Both the position numbers and the translations under genes were made by a program. Under the pieces are notes generated by a model. The model did not search any database and was not told the DNA's origin. It saw nothing but the letters and a program-made list of their open reading frames with translations. Below, piece by piece: positions 1-11,701 of a stretch of DNA of 64,000 nt. The DNA lies in the NCBI GenBank assembly GCA_947598395.1, contig CANQFG010000001.1, forward strand, positions 17,894 to 81,893. Direction: 5' to 3'. Position 1 is the stretch's first letter, and each line of letters opens with the position of its first letter. The DNA comes from an uncultured Bacilli bacterium (lineage in GTDB: Bacteria > Bacillota_I > Bacilli_A > RF39 > UBA660).

Positions 1-381
1 ACCCGTATTTTTACTGATTAAGACAAAGTGATCGCTATAGAGGAGGAGGCCATTTTTATCATAAGAATCCGTTATTTCAAAGCGATATCCGGCATTCACC
101 GTATTATAGGAGACCATATTATTATTGATATGCATGCCCAAATCCTTAGTTAGAAAGGCGGTAAAATCAAAGAAGACCCCTGACCCCGTCGAACCAAAGA
201 CCGGTAAATCATTCGGAATGGCAATCGATATGACGTTATTTTTATTGGAATCCAACCACTTTTTTTCATTTATGGAAAGGGCATTTTCATCGACAAGAGC
301 TTTATAAATACCAAAACCAATGCCAATAGAGACACAGATTCCCACAAAAGTAAGAATTAAAATTCTTCTAATTTTTTTCAT
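1..381 (-). CDS. Membrane-anchored hypothetical protein; the gene runs off the window start, so its 3' end is missing
   Basis: ATG at 381..379 preceded by RBS AAGGTGAG. The N-terminus MKKIRRILILTFVGICVSIGIGFGIYK is a signal-anchor, and the frame stays open to position 1. Confidence 0.5.
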   Translation of the reverse strand, partial: MKKIRRILILTFVGICVSIGIGFGIYKALVDENALSINEKKWLDSNKNNVISIAIPNDLPVFGSTGSGVFFDFTAFLTKDLGMHINNNMVSYNTVNAGYRFEITDSYDKNGLLLYSDHFVLISKNTG

Positions 382-390
382 AACTCACCT

Positions 391-876
391 TTATTTTTCT
401 GTTTTAGCATCGTCCGTATCGACACTATAATTCGTCCAAGCAATAACCGTATTATTGGCCGCTTTACTGCCCTCATACGAACTCATACCCTCGCGATTAA
501 AGGCAAATTGTATATCATAATAGCCCTTTTGTTCAGCCGTTAATTTTTCCAAACTAGTAGTGGCCATATTTTCGATTTTTTCGTTAGTCAAATCCTTTTG
601 GACTTCGACATCGATATAGATAATTTTTCCTTGAAGGCGTACGACGCGCGAGATAACTCCTTCACTTTCCGAAAAATAATTTTCTAAATCTTTCAATTGA
701 TCGGCAACGGGATATTTTTCAATATCCTCTAATCTTTTACCATAGGAACTCGATGTCGTTTGATTGATAAAGTATATCAAAACCGCCGAACCCATTAGAA
801 TAAAGCAAAACAAGGAGATTAACATTAAGATGCAATAAATTCGATTATTTTTATAAAATTTACGCAATTTTTTCAT
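391..876 (-). CDS. Hypothetical membrane-anchored protein with an N-terminal TM helix
   Basis: ORF with RBS GAGGTGGA 8 nt upstream of ATG (MKKLRKF...). The track's upstream extension starts at a GTG. Hydrophobic segment ILMLISLFCFILMGSAVLIYF. Confidence 0.55.
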   Translation of the reverse strand: MKKLRKFYKNNRIYCILMLISLFCFILMGSAVLIYFINQTTSSSYGKRLEDIEKYPVADQLKDLENYFSESEGVISRVVRLQGKIIYIDVEVQKDLTNEKIENMATTSLEKLTAEQKGYYDIQFAFNREGMSSYEGSKAANNTVIAWTNYSVDTDDAKTEK

Positions 877-960
877 TAATTTTTCCACCTCAAACGTACC
901 ATAATTATACTACAATATATTCGCATTAGCAATTTATAATTTCCCACCAAAAAAGAAATG

Positions 961-2940
<1,980 letters not shown>

Positions 2941-2975
2941 TCACCTATTACTATTATACCACGTAAATAATAAAT

Positions 2976-3962
2976 TTATTTAGTATATAAAATACCTTTC
3001 TTTAAAATTAATTGCTTATTATCATATATTACATTATGACTTTTTAAGGGGTGTGTTGTAAGTTCTTCGGCCCGCGGAAGTGATGGCAATTTAACATGAT
3101 CGAGAATGGTCAGCGAATTATCGATGGTGATATCCAAAGTATCGCCTTTTAAGGCCATATTGGCAATCGAACCCGTAAATGGATAGGGAATGTCATGTAT
3201 AATTTGGAGGTCATAGTTTAAGATCAAAATATGCCCCGCGACAATCGCGATGATACTATCGCCATATAATAATGGTCGGGCCAAGATGATGCCCTGCTTA
3301 GTAATCGCCGAAGCCACATCGCGCTTACCTAAAAAATCATGAATAATATCGATTTCATCGTGCACTTCCGATGTAAGGATGAGATATCCTTTTCTAAAGT
3401 GGGGAATAAAATCATGACATTGATATTTAATATCGCCATCGGGATTGATGATATACCGTTCGTCCTTTTGGGCATCATAATAGATAAATAAATCATGATC
3501 GATAAATTCGCGACTATTCGCTTCATCGAATTGCCAGTGCCAATAATTATTTAAAAACCGCCGGCTTTTGATACTCCAAATATTTGCTTCACTATTCGTT
3601 AGCTTTATATTGATATAGCAATTGTTCAAAACGCGAAAGTTTTCAACATTACTAAAACGAGCGATGGTCTTTTCCGAAACAGTTTCGATTATTTTAAGTT
3701 CGGATGCTTCATAAAAAACGGCATAGGCGAGATTTCCCAACTTCAAAATTCCTGCAATATTGCCCTTCGAAGTAATCGGCCATAGGTCGAGGCCATCGGT
3801 AATGAGATTAAGTGCCTCCATATAAAAAAGAAAATAGCCACTATTTAAAGCAACTACTCTTTCGACCCGATGTGGTGTATCAAAAAGCGATTCTGGCAAG
3901 TCTTCTTTTTTTATAATGTCATCCCCTAAATCATTTATTCCATAAATTATATGGATAAACAC
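2976..3962 (-). CDS. Hypothetical protein, no recognisable motif
   Basis: Long ORF in typical coding composition, co-oriented with the upstream nucleotidyltransferase gene and overlapping its stop. I recognise no domain. Confidence 0.5.
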   Translation of the reverse strand: MFIHIIYGINDLGDDIIKKEDLPESLFDTPHRVERVVALNSGYFLFYMEALNLITDGLDLWPITSKGNIAGILKLGNLAYAVFYEASELKIIETVSEKTIARFSNVENFRVLNNCYINIKLTNSEANIWSIKSRRFLNNYWHWQFDEANSREFIDHDLFIYYDAQKDERYIINPDGDIKYQCHDFIPHFRKGYLILTSEVHDEIDIIHDFLGKRDVASAITKQGIILARPLLYGDSIIAIVAGHILILNYDLQIIHDIPYPFTGSIANMALKGDTLDITIDNSLTILDHVKLPSLPRAEELTTHPLKSHNVIYDNKQLILKKGILYTK

Positions 3963-4815
3963 CTTTTTCTATTTCACTTAAGATAAAGTTTTTGACATTT
4001 TCGCAATCTTCCCGATAGGTCATTCCCATCCAATTTGCCGGCGTCGGCTTCACAAATACTTGGCCATTGGCATGGAGCTCGGCATCGATAATATCGGTCA
4101 ACAAAACTTCATAGTCCCGATCGACTTCTGTATTAGCCATGCTCTTTAATACCTCATCGATGGCCGCAATGGATCTTTTTGGCAAGCTATTCATCAACAT
4201 CGAGACGGGGTTATCGAGGCGAACTTTGAAAGGTTCTTTGGTCTTATCGAGAGGTTCACAGAGAACCTCATCGCCCGCTTGCGTACAAGAAGATTCGATG
4301 ACGCCGGAAACTTTATTTTCCTCGTGAATGACGACTCCCCGTTTGACCGAACCATTTTCACTCAAAGTGGCTCCAACGGGATAGCCGATGATGGTAATGG
4401 CATCATCTAAAACGGCATCACTTAGTTGTTTAAAGGCATCATCACCATAAAAGTCATCGGAGGAAATGACGCCAAAGTTACCCGTAATAAAATCCCGCGC
4501 CGCATAGATGGCATGAGCCGTACCCCAAGGCTTGACGCGGCCCTCGGGAACTTTAAAGGGAACATCATCCAATTTTTGGAAGGCATAACATACCTCGATA
4601 TCCGCCGGCAACTTATCGGCCATAAGCTTTTTAAAGATCGCCATATTTTCCTCTTTGATGACAAAGATAATCTTTTTAAAGCCATACTTAATCGCCGAAT
4701 AAAGCGAATAATCGATGATTATTTCGCCATTGGGACCAACCGGTTCAATTTGTTTCATACCCCCAAAGCGACTTCCCATACCCGCCGCAAGAATAACTAA
4801 AGTTTTTTCGTTCAT
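3931..4815 (-). CDS. Sugar-phosphate nucleotidyltransferase family protein (NTP_transferase fold)
   Basis: N-terminal LVILAAGMGSRFGGMKQ glycine-rich NTP-transferase signature, and KPWGTAHA. Confidence 0.65.
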   Translation of the reverse strand: MNEKTLVILAAGMGSRFGGMKQIEPVGPNGEIIIDYSLYSAIKYGFKKIIFVIKEENMAIFKKLMADKLPADIEVCYAFQKLDDVPFKVPEGRVKPWGTAHAIYAARDFITGNFGVISSDDFYGDDAFKQLSDAVLDDAITIIGYPVGATLSENGSVKRGVVIHEENKVSGVIESSCTQAGDEVLCEPLDKTKEPFKVRLDNPVSMLMNSLPKRSIAAIDEVLKSMANTEVDRDYEVLLTDIIDAELHANGQVFVKPTPANWMGMTYREDCENVKNFILSEIEKGVYPYNLWNK

Positions 4816-4826
4816 AAGACACCTTC

Positions 4827-6905
4827 CTAAATTTTCGTAATACTTTTATGATTTTTCATTAACTTTTTAACGCCACTTTTAAAGGCCACTTCGATTAAAG
4901 AGCCATCGACGCCCAAGACGACGCCAATCCCGAGCGTATCATGTTGAATGGTATCGCCGGTTTTAAGCTCTTCATTGGCACCTTCAATGTACATCGCTTC
5001 ATGATCGATCTTGACATCATCTTCCCCGGCATTAACTTTTTCCAAATATTCGGAATTGATCTCATCGATAAAGCGCGATGGCGGATTTTGACTATCGCGT
5101 CCATAGAGCATCCGCCGTTTGGCATTAGTCAAGTAAAGGCCTTCTTTGGCCCGCGTAATGCCGACATAACATAGGCGGCGTTCCTCTTCAAGACCATCGG
5201 GTTCGAGGAGGGAATTGCTATGCGGAAATATTCCATCTTCCATGCCCACGAGGAAGACGAAGCTAAATTCGAGGCCCTTGGCTGAGTGAATCGTCATGAG
5301 CGTTACTTCGTCATTGTCCTCTTTATGTTCGGAGACATCGGCAACTAAACTGATATTTTCCAAAAAGTCGCCTAAATTAACGCATCCCTCTTGTTCTTCA
5401 AAACCTGCCGTAATCGATTTAAATTCCATCAAGTTATCGAGGCGAATTTCATTTTCGAGCGACTTATCCAATTCCAGTTCTTCCTTGATTCCCGTTTTAT
5501 CCAAGATGTCATCGATTAATTCGGTTAAACTCATGGAATCCGCATCCTTAATTAACGTTTCGATCAAGGCCTTAAATTCTAATTCCTTTTTGGTACTCAA
5601 ACTACTAAACATGCTCGTATTATTTTCCCGGGCTAAATCTTCGAGATTGCGGACCGCCGTTTCGCCAATGCCCCGCTTGGGAACATTTATGACGCGCGTC
5701 AAACTGACGGAATCATGGGGATTATAGATGAGACGTAGATAGGCAATTAAATCCTTTATCTCCTTGCGATTATAGAAATAATATCCACCGACGACCTTAC
5801 AGGGAATATTCTTGCTCAAAAGACCTTCTTCAAAGACCCGACTTTGACCATTAGTTCGATATAAAATGGCAATATCACTATAATGATATCCTCGACTTAA
5901 AATATTCGAAATTTCATTGATGACGACGGTTACTTCATGCCGTTCATCATAGGTTCGCAAATATTTAACTTTGGGTCCATCCCCCTTTTGACTCCAGAGA
6001 TTCATATCTTTTCGTTGTTTATTATTTTTAATGACACAGTTGGCCGCCTTTAAGATATTATTCGTACTGCGGTAATTCTCTTCGAGTTTTATTACGGCAC
6101 ATTCGGGATAATCTTTTTCAAAATTGATGATATTCTTATAATCCGCTTGCCGAAAGGCATAGATACTTTGATTCATATCGCCAACGACGAAGATATTGCG
6201 CAATTTCGAAGCCAATAATTTACATAATTTATATTGAACGGGATTGGTATCTTGATATTCATCGACTAATATATACTTAAAATGGCGTTGATATTCATCG
6301 AGAATCTCTTCATTATTATAAAATAAGGTGACTGGCTTGCATAATAAATCATCGAAATCGACGACATTGCTATCGTGTAAAATTTTTTGATAACGTCGAT
6401 ACACATCGACACATAATTTATCAAATTCGGTATTAAAGGTGCGTTCGAGTTCGGCATCCGTAAGCATTTCATTTTTGATTAAAGATATCTTATTGCGGAT
6501 GACATAGGGGCTAAATTTTTTGGGATCGATATCCATATTCTTTAAAATTTTCTTGATAATCGATAAAACATCTTCGCTATCGATGATCGTGAAGTTGCGT
6601 TCTAGTCCACATTCGCGATAATTTTCCCGAATAATGCGCAAACCCAAGGAATGAAACGTTCCGATAAAGGACGACACTTCGCCATAGATATTATAGACCC
6701 GCTCGCGCATTTCATTGGCCGCCTTATTCGTAAATGTTATGGCCAAGATATTATAGTCCTTTACCCCATTTTCGATCAAATTGATTATTCGCGTCGTTAG
6801 GACCTTGGTCTTCCCCGAACCGGCACCGGCCATTACTAAGCATGGACCCTCGAGATGATTGACCGCACTTAATTGTTCCTTATTTAATCCATTTTTGTAG
6901 TCCAT
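4827..6905 (-). CDS. pcrA: ATP-dependent DNA helicase PcrA (UvrD family)
   Basis: Walker A GAGSGKTKVLTTRI, the UvrD-family motif series, and a C-terminal Tudor-like tail. Position upstream of ligA is the conserved pcrA-ligA neighbourhood. Confidence 0.93.
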   Translation of the reverse strand: MDYKNGLNKEQLSAVNHLEGPCLVMAGAGSGKTKVLTTRIINLIENGVKDYNILAITFTNKAANEMRERVYNIYGEVSSFIGTFHSLGLRIIRENYRECGLERNFTIIDSEDVLSIIKKILKNMDIDPKKFSPYVIRNKISLIKNEMLTDAELERTFNTEFDKLCVDVYRRYQKILHDSNVVDFDDLLCKPVTLFYNNEEILDEYQRHFKYILVDEYQDTNPVQYKLCKLLASKLRNIFVVGDMNQSIYAFRQADYKNIINFEKDYPECAVIKLEENYRSTNNILKAANCVIKNNKQRKDMNLWSQKGDGPKVKYLRTYDERHEVTVVINEISNILSRGYHYSDIAILYRTNGQSRVFEEGLLSKNIPCKVVGGYYFYNRKEIKDLIAYLRLIYNPHDSVSLTRVINVPKRGIGETAVRNLEDLARENNTSMFSSLSTKKELEFKALIETLIKDADSMSLTELIDDILDKTGIKEELELDKSLENEIRLDNLMEFKSITAGFEEQEGCVNLGDFLENISLVADVSEHKEDNDEVTLMTIHSAKGLEFSFVFLVGMEDGIFPHSNSLLEPDGLEEERRLCYVGITRAKEGLYLTNAKRRMLYGRDSQNPPSRFIDEINSEYLEKVNAGEDDVKIDHEAMYIEGANEELKTGDTIQHDTLGIGVVLGVDGSLIEVAFKSGVKKLMKNHKSITKI

Positions 6906-6998
6906 ACTTTTTGCCTCTTATCTTTCTTTTTAATTATATCACAAACAAATGTATGAGCAAATAAAAAGATGAATAAATCTTCATCTTTTAGACATCAT

Positions 6999-8780
6999 TT
7001 ATAGATGTGGTCCATTTTTTTGCTCTTCATGGGGACCATTTTTAATGGCCATCACTTCGTTGACAATGTCATTTCGGTAGTCGCGATACTTCCTTATATC
7101 ATGCTCATCTATCAAGGCTTTGTCGGCCTCGGCAAAGAGATTTGCGACTTTATCATGAAGTGGTATTAAATGATTATACTCACTACTATCAGTTTGATAT
7201 ACGCCATATTTTCCTAAATATTCAGCTAAAGCATGGTAACCTTCCTCATAAGTATGATAATCGAGGCCCATGACGATGGCATCGGCAATATTATCCAAGA
7301 CATTTAATAATTCGAGGTAATAATCGATATCCGTCAAACTCTTTTCGGTTACTTTATTTTCCGCCTTATAACTCATCCGCGCCAACATGATATTATCGAG
7401 AGCCAAATTATGCGAAGCAATGCCATATTTTAGGCAATTGACTTGTAGACCATTTTGAACACTCATATAAAATTCTTCGTTCTTAGCAAAGACACTCGTA
7501 AATTCATTAAGGACATAATTTAACTTTTCAGCCTTAAAGCTGACGCGCTTGCCATGACGAACATTGATGACGATATCATAATAATCATTCGCACCATTTT
7601 GACAGAAGGAAACGAGATCCGTATGCATCCGCTTTTCAAAGATATTATATATGGCATCTTTAAAATTTGGCGCTTCCAAATCATCTAAACTATATCCTAG
7701 ACTCTCGACGACGACTTTCTTCTTTTCTTCAAGATCTAATCCCGATGTATTTTGTAGAGTCTCCTCATAAGTATCCTTTAATTGTCTCATAAAATTAGCA
7801 AAAGCTTTACGGGCAACGTGAACATATAATGGTTTTTCTTCATCGCCAATCGTCATTCTATCATCTCTATGCTTGATGAAGTAATTGCGTGTCGCCTTTT
7901 CAAAAGTCTCTTCGAGCAATTTTCCCCGGATATCCGTATATGATTGCCGGTTTCCCATCTTATCTTTTGGTGGTTCCGAGCCATATCCGACATATTCCCG
8001 AATGCGACCCATATAAGGCGCTGGTTTGGCAATACTAGCAGCTAACTTTGGATTTTTAGTTATTATTTCATCGATAATATTTAAATTGTCTTCCAAGTAA
8101 TCGCTAGAGCAGAAAATGGTAATTCCCTCCGTATCGGGATTCCCATCGGGATTTTTATATTTAAAATAGAAGGGAATATTCTTCTTTTTATAGCCCGCAT
8201 ATAATTGTTTTACAAAATCATAATAATATTTTTTGCCAATATTGATAAATAGGCGATGTTCGGGCCGAAAGTTTTTCGTTTGATAGAGTGATACTTTCGT
8301 ACTCGATATATGCGTATCTTTATTAGCTTCATTTTCAAAGCACCAATCGTATTTTTTAGCATTATGCCGTGAACTTTTGAAGAGATGGTGCAAAGGGCCT
8401 TCGACCTTACTTAAAAATTTTTGAAAATCTTCATATAACATTGGTACTTCGGGGTTCTCAAAATCGATCAATGCTTCGCGGAATTTGATAAATGACTTAT
8501 CGAGTTTTCCCGCATATAATAAGTCATTAAAGGTCTTATCCGGCATATCGATGATATAACGCCGCCAATCATTATAGACATTCGTCATAAATACTTCAAA
8601 ATCGGATAAATTATATCTTTCATTGGCATCTTTTTGATATTTTCGCTTTAAGAATGTCATAAAATCTAAAGATTTAGGCTCTTTAAGATTTTGTCTTTCT
8701 ATGACATATGGAAGATAATCTTCTAATAATTTATGGACATCCATATCTTGAATGGCATCAATTTCGCTTCGTAAACTCAT
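6999..8780 (-). CDS. Hypothetical 593-aa protein, downstream gene of a translationally coupled two-gene cassette
   Basis: Long clean ORF with no P-loop or other motif I can name. Its ATG lies 2 nt after the stop of the 160-aa gene, and the RBS GGAGGTG sits inside that gene's 3' end. Confidence 0.5.
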   Translation of the reverse strand: MSLRSEIDAIQDMDVHKLLEDYLPYVIERQNLKEPKSLDFMTFLKRKYQKDANERYNLSDFEVFMTNVYNDWRRYIIDMPDKTFNDLLYAGKLDKSFIKFREALIDFENPEVPMLYEDFQKFLSKVEGPLHHLFKSSRHNAKKYDWCFENEANKDTHISSTKVSLYQTKNFRPEHRLFINIGKKYYYDFVKQLYAGYKKKNIPFYFKYKNPDGNPDTEGITIFCSSDYLEDNLNIIDEIITKNPKLAASIAKPAPYMGRIREYVGYGSEPPKDKMGNRQSYTDIRGKLLEETFEKATRNYFIKHRDDRMTIGDEEKPLYVHVARKAFANFMRQLKDTYEETLQNTSGLDLEEKKKVVVESLGYSLDDLEAPNFKDAIYNIFEKRMHTDLVSFCQNGANDYYDIVINVRHGKRVSFKAEKLNYVLNEFTSVFAKNEEFYMSVQNGLQVNCLKYGIASHNLALDNIMLARMSYKAENKVTEKSLTDIDYYLELLNVLDNIADAIVMGLDYHTYEEGYHALAEYLGKYGVYQTDSSEYNHLIPLHDKVANLFAEADKALIDEHDIRKYRDYRNDIVNEVMAIKNGPHEEQKNGPHL

Positions 8781-8782
8781 GA

Positions 8783-9265
8783 TTATACACCTCCGGAATT
8801 TTCTCTTCGTTCATCGATATATTTTAACTCACTTTGAATGATATTTTCAAACCCCAATAGATCACTCAAATAAAGATATTCGGGAATCTTTTTATTGCTC
8901 GTACCATATATCTTAAAATGATAATTATATTGAATCTCCCAACATTCATAATTCTCGGGTTCGGAATCCATATAATAATTATTCTTTAAATTGGGCAAAT
9001 CGATCGTTTCAATTTCATCGAGCATCTTGGCGATATTGCCAATCTCTTCTCTAATTTCATGACGATCATTTTCCCCGTGATTGTTTTTAAAAATCGTCGT
9101 CACTACTTTATACCAGTGGATGGTCTTATTCGCCAAATCCTTTTCTCTTACCAATTCGACACTCGTAGCTATCGGATCTAAATGGTTAAACCCATCGCCA
9201 GAATAGTAATAATGCGTCAATTTTAATTCGCGCAAATGCAATTTTTTTACACCCTCATTATTCAC
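8783..9265 (-). CDS. Hypothetical 160-aa protein, upstream gene of the same two-gene cassette
   Basis: ORF tightly coupled to the 593-aa gene, with no recognisable motif. Confidence 0.45.
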   Translation of the reverse strand: MNNEGVKKLHLRELKLTHYYYSGDGFNHLDPIATSVELVREKDLANKTIHWYKVVTTIFKNNHGENDRHEIREEIGNIAKMLDEIETIDLPNLKNNYYMDSEPENYECWEIQYNYHFKIYGTSNKKIPEYLYLSDLLGFENIIQSELKYIDERRENSGGV

Positions 9266-9335
9266 TTTATCACCTACTGAGATAATTTTAACATAAAAAA
9301 GAGGATATTTCTACACTATCCTCGTTGATATTATT

Positions 9336-11699
9336 TTAACTCCGCAATTTAGCATCCATTTTACTTTCCATATCGGCAATAATTTTTTCAAATACTTCCA
9401 TTACCTCTTTATCGGAAAGGGTCCGATTGGCATCCTTAAACGTCAACTTATAGGCCATGGACTTTTTGCCTTCTTCGATATTTGGATAGATATCAAAAAT
9501 TTCGACATCGGCAAGCAAACGACCGCCACTTTTCTTAATAGCTTCTTCGAGATCTTTATTGGACGTCGCATTAGGTACGACAAAGGCAAGATCTTTAATG
9601 ACTTCGGGATATTTCGAAGCTTCCTTAAATTTAATCGGTTTCGTCTCCTTTAAAAGACTATTGAGGCTCATCTCGGCGACATAGATCTCATCTTTTTTGA
9701 GCGATGGATGGATGCGACCAATGATGCCAATTGGCTCATTATCTAAGATGATATTGGCACTCATTCCCGGATGAAGATCATCGATGGCACAGGCTTCAAT
9801 GCGATAACGGTTTTTAAAACCCAAATAATTAAGCGTATTTTCGATGATGCCCTTTAAGACATAAAAGTCCGCTTTAATGATCGTTTGTTGCCAATTATTA
9901 GTTAGATAATTGCCTTTCATCAAAATGGCAACTTTTTGATTTTCAACAAAATCTTCATCATAAGTTTTAGATATTTCGTATAACATTATATCCTTGACAT
10001 TGCGCGCTTTATTATAATCATAGATATTTAAAAGCGATGGAATAATCGTCGTTCGAATGACGGATTTATCGACACTCATAGGATTAGGTAAAATCCGATT
10101 GACTTTATGATCATATTTAAATAATTTAGCCATTTCGGGACTTACTAAAGTATAAGTCTTGCATTCATTTAGACCCAAAGCTCGCAATCTACGCGAGACA
10201 GTCTTGCGAATTTTGACATCGGGAGCATATACACCACGGCGAATCGGAACGACGGGACTCGTCGAAACTAAATTATGATAGCCATAAAGGCGCCCAATTT
10301 CCTCAGCCATATCGGCAACATTGGCATCGATATCGAGGCGACGCCGCGGAATTGTGACATGGAAGAGACCGTTATTTAACGTATATTCAAAATCGAGGCG
10401 ATGAAGTTCCGTTTCAATATCGGTATCTTCGATCGCGATACCCAATATTTTATTGATCTCTTCCTTGCGAAAATCGATCGTCTTAATCGTCTTATCGACT
10501 TTATCATGGACGATTTCACCAGCCAAGACTTCCCCACCAGCATATTGCTCTAAAAGGGCACAGGCCCGATTGATGGCGGCAATGGTATATTCATAATTTA
10601 AGCCCTTGCCATAACGGATCGAAGCTTCGCTTTTCAAATCGAGATGGGCAGCCGTATTGCGAATTGAAATGGCATCGAAGATGGCCGCTTCAATTAAAAT
10701 CGTTTGCGTCGTCGCTTCGACTTCGGTATTTTCACCACCCATGACGCCAGCAATACAGACGGGCTTTTGGCCATCCGTAATGATGATATCGCGACTATTT
10801 AAGAGGCGATCTTGACCATCTAAAGTTTTAATCTTCTCGCCCTCTTTCGCCATGCGCACGACAATTTTATTTCCTAAGCGATCATAGTCGAAGAAATGCA
10901 TGGGTTGGCCATATTCGAGCATGACATAGTTCGAAATATCGACGATATTATTTATGGGCCGCATGCCAGCTGCCGTCAAGCGCTTCTTGATGAATTCTGG
11001 AGACTCGCCAATATGTAAATTCTTGACCATCTTAGCCATATAGAATGGACAATTTTCAGTTTCAACTTTTAAAGAAAAGTAATCTTTGATATTTTCCTCG
11101 ATCGGCGTATATTGGGCTTCCGGCAATTTGACCCGCCGGTTTAAGATCGTGCCAACTTCATAGGCAAAGCCGATATGATAATAGCAATCATTATTGCGGT
11201 GTTTGTGAATATCGATATCATAAAGGGTATCATTTAAACCGAGATACGTCAAAGGATCTTTACCTACGGGAGCCTTGGAATCTAATTCGGCAATACCTTT
11301 GGCATACGTCTCATCGTTTTTTTCCTCTAAGCCAAGTTCGAATAAGGCACAGAGCATGCCATTCGATTCTTCGCCCCGAATGCGACCGACTTTTATTTCA
11401 AAATTACCTGGTAAAATGGCTCCCGGTAAGGCCACGATGACTTTTAAGCCAACGCGAACGTTGGGCGCCCCACAGACGATTTGCCGCGTATCGGTACCAC
11501 AATTAACTTGGCAGACATGCAAGTGATCGCTGTCGGGATGATTTTTAACATCCACAATCTCGCCAATGACTAAGTGGTCGATATGATTAGTGATGACATT
11601 TTCGATATTGACGCCCGCCTTCGTAATTTTGACGGCCAATTCCTTGAGATCTTCGCCCTCGAGGTCGACATAATCTTTGACCCAATTCATACTTATCAT
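9336..11699 (-). CDS. pheT: Phenylalanine--tRNA ligase beta subunit
   Basis: 787 aa with the typical PheT N-terminus MISMNWVKDYVDL and B3/4 and B5 regions. Immediately downstream of pheS. Confidence 0.95.
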   Translation of the reverse strand: MISMNWVKDYVDLEGEDLKELAVKITKAGVNIENVITNHIDHLVIGEIVDVKNHPDSDHLHVCQVNCGTDTRQIVCGAPNVRVGLKVIVALPGAILPGNFEIKVGRIRGEESNGMLCALFELGLEEKNDETYAKGIAELDSKAPVGKDPLTYLGLNDTLYDIDIHKHRNNDCYYHIGFAYEVGTILNRRVKLPEAQYTPIEENIKDYFSLKVETENCPFYMAKMVKNLHIGESPEFIKKRLTAAGMRPINNIVDISNYVMLEYGQPMHFFDYDRLGNKIVVRMAKEGEKIKTLDGQDRLLNSRDIIITDGQKPVCIAGVMGGENTEVEATTQTILIEAAIFDAISIRNTAAHLDLKSEASIRYGKGLNYEYTIAAINRACALLEQYAGGEVLAGEIVHDKVDKTIKTIDFRKEEINKILGIAIEDTDIETELHRLDFEYTLNNGLFHVTIPRRRLDIDANVADMAEEIGRLYGYHNLVSTSPVVPIRRGVYAPDVKIRKTVSRRLRALGLNECKTYTLVSPEMAKLFKYDHKVNRILPNPMSVDKSVIRTTIIPSLLNIYDYNKARNVKDIMLYEISKTYDEDFVENQKVAILMKGNYLTNNWQQTIIKADFYVLKGIIENTLNYLGFKNRYRIEACAIDDLHPGMSANIILDNEPIGIIGRIHPSLKKDEIYVAEMSLNSLLKETKPIKFKEASKYPEVIKDLAFVVPNATSNKDLEEAIKKSGGRLLADVEIFDIYPNIEEGKKSMAYKLTFKDANRTLSDKEVMEVFEKIIADMESKMDAKLRS

Positions 11700-11701
11700 A
11701 A

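Noticed and set aside
5296-5727. 143-aa plus-strand ORF, and many similar 60-150-aa antisense ORFs inside pcrA, pheT, copA, dnaB, secA, the FGE genes and others
   Set aside because: They lie entirely antisense to long, well-supported genes. They have Ser/Leu-rich low-complexity translations typical of the reverse frame of AT-rich coding DNA, and no RBS.
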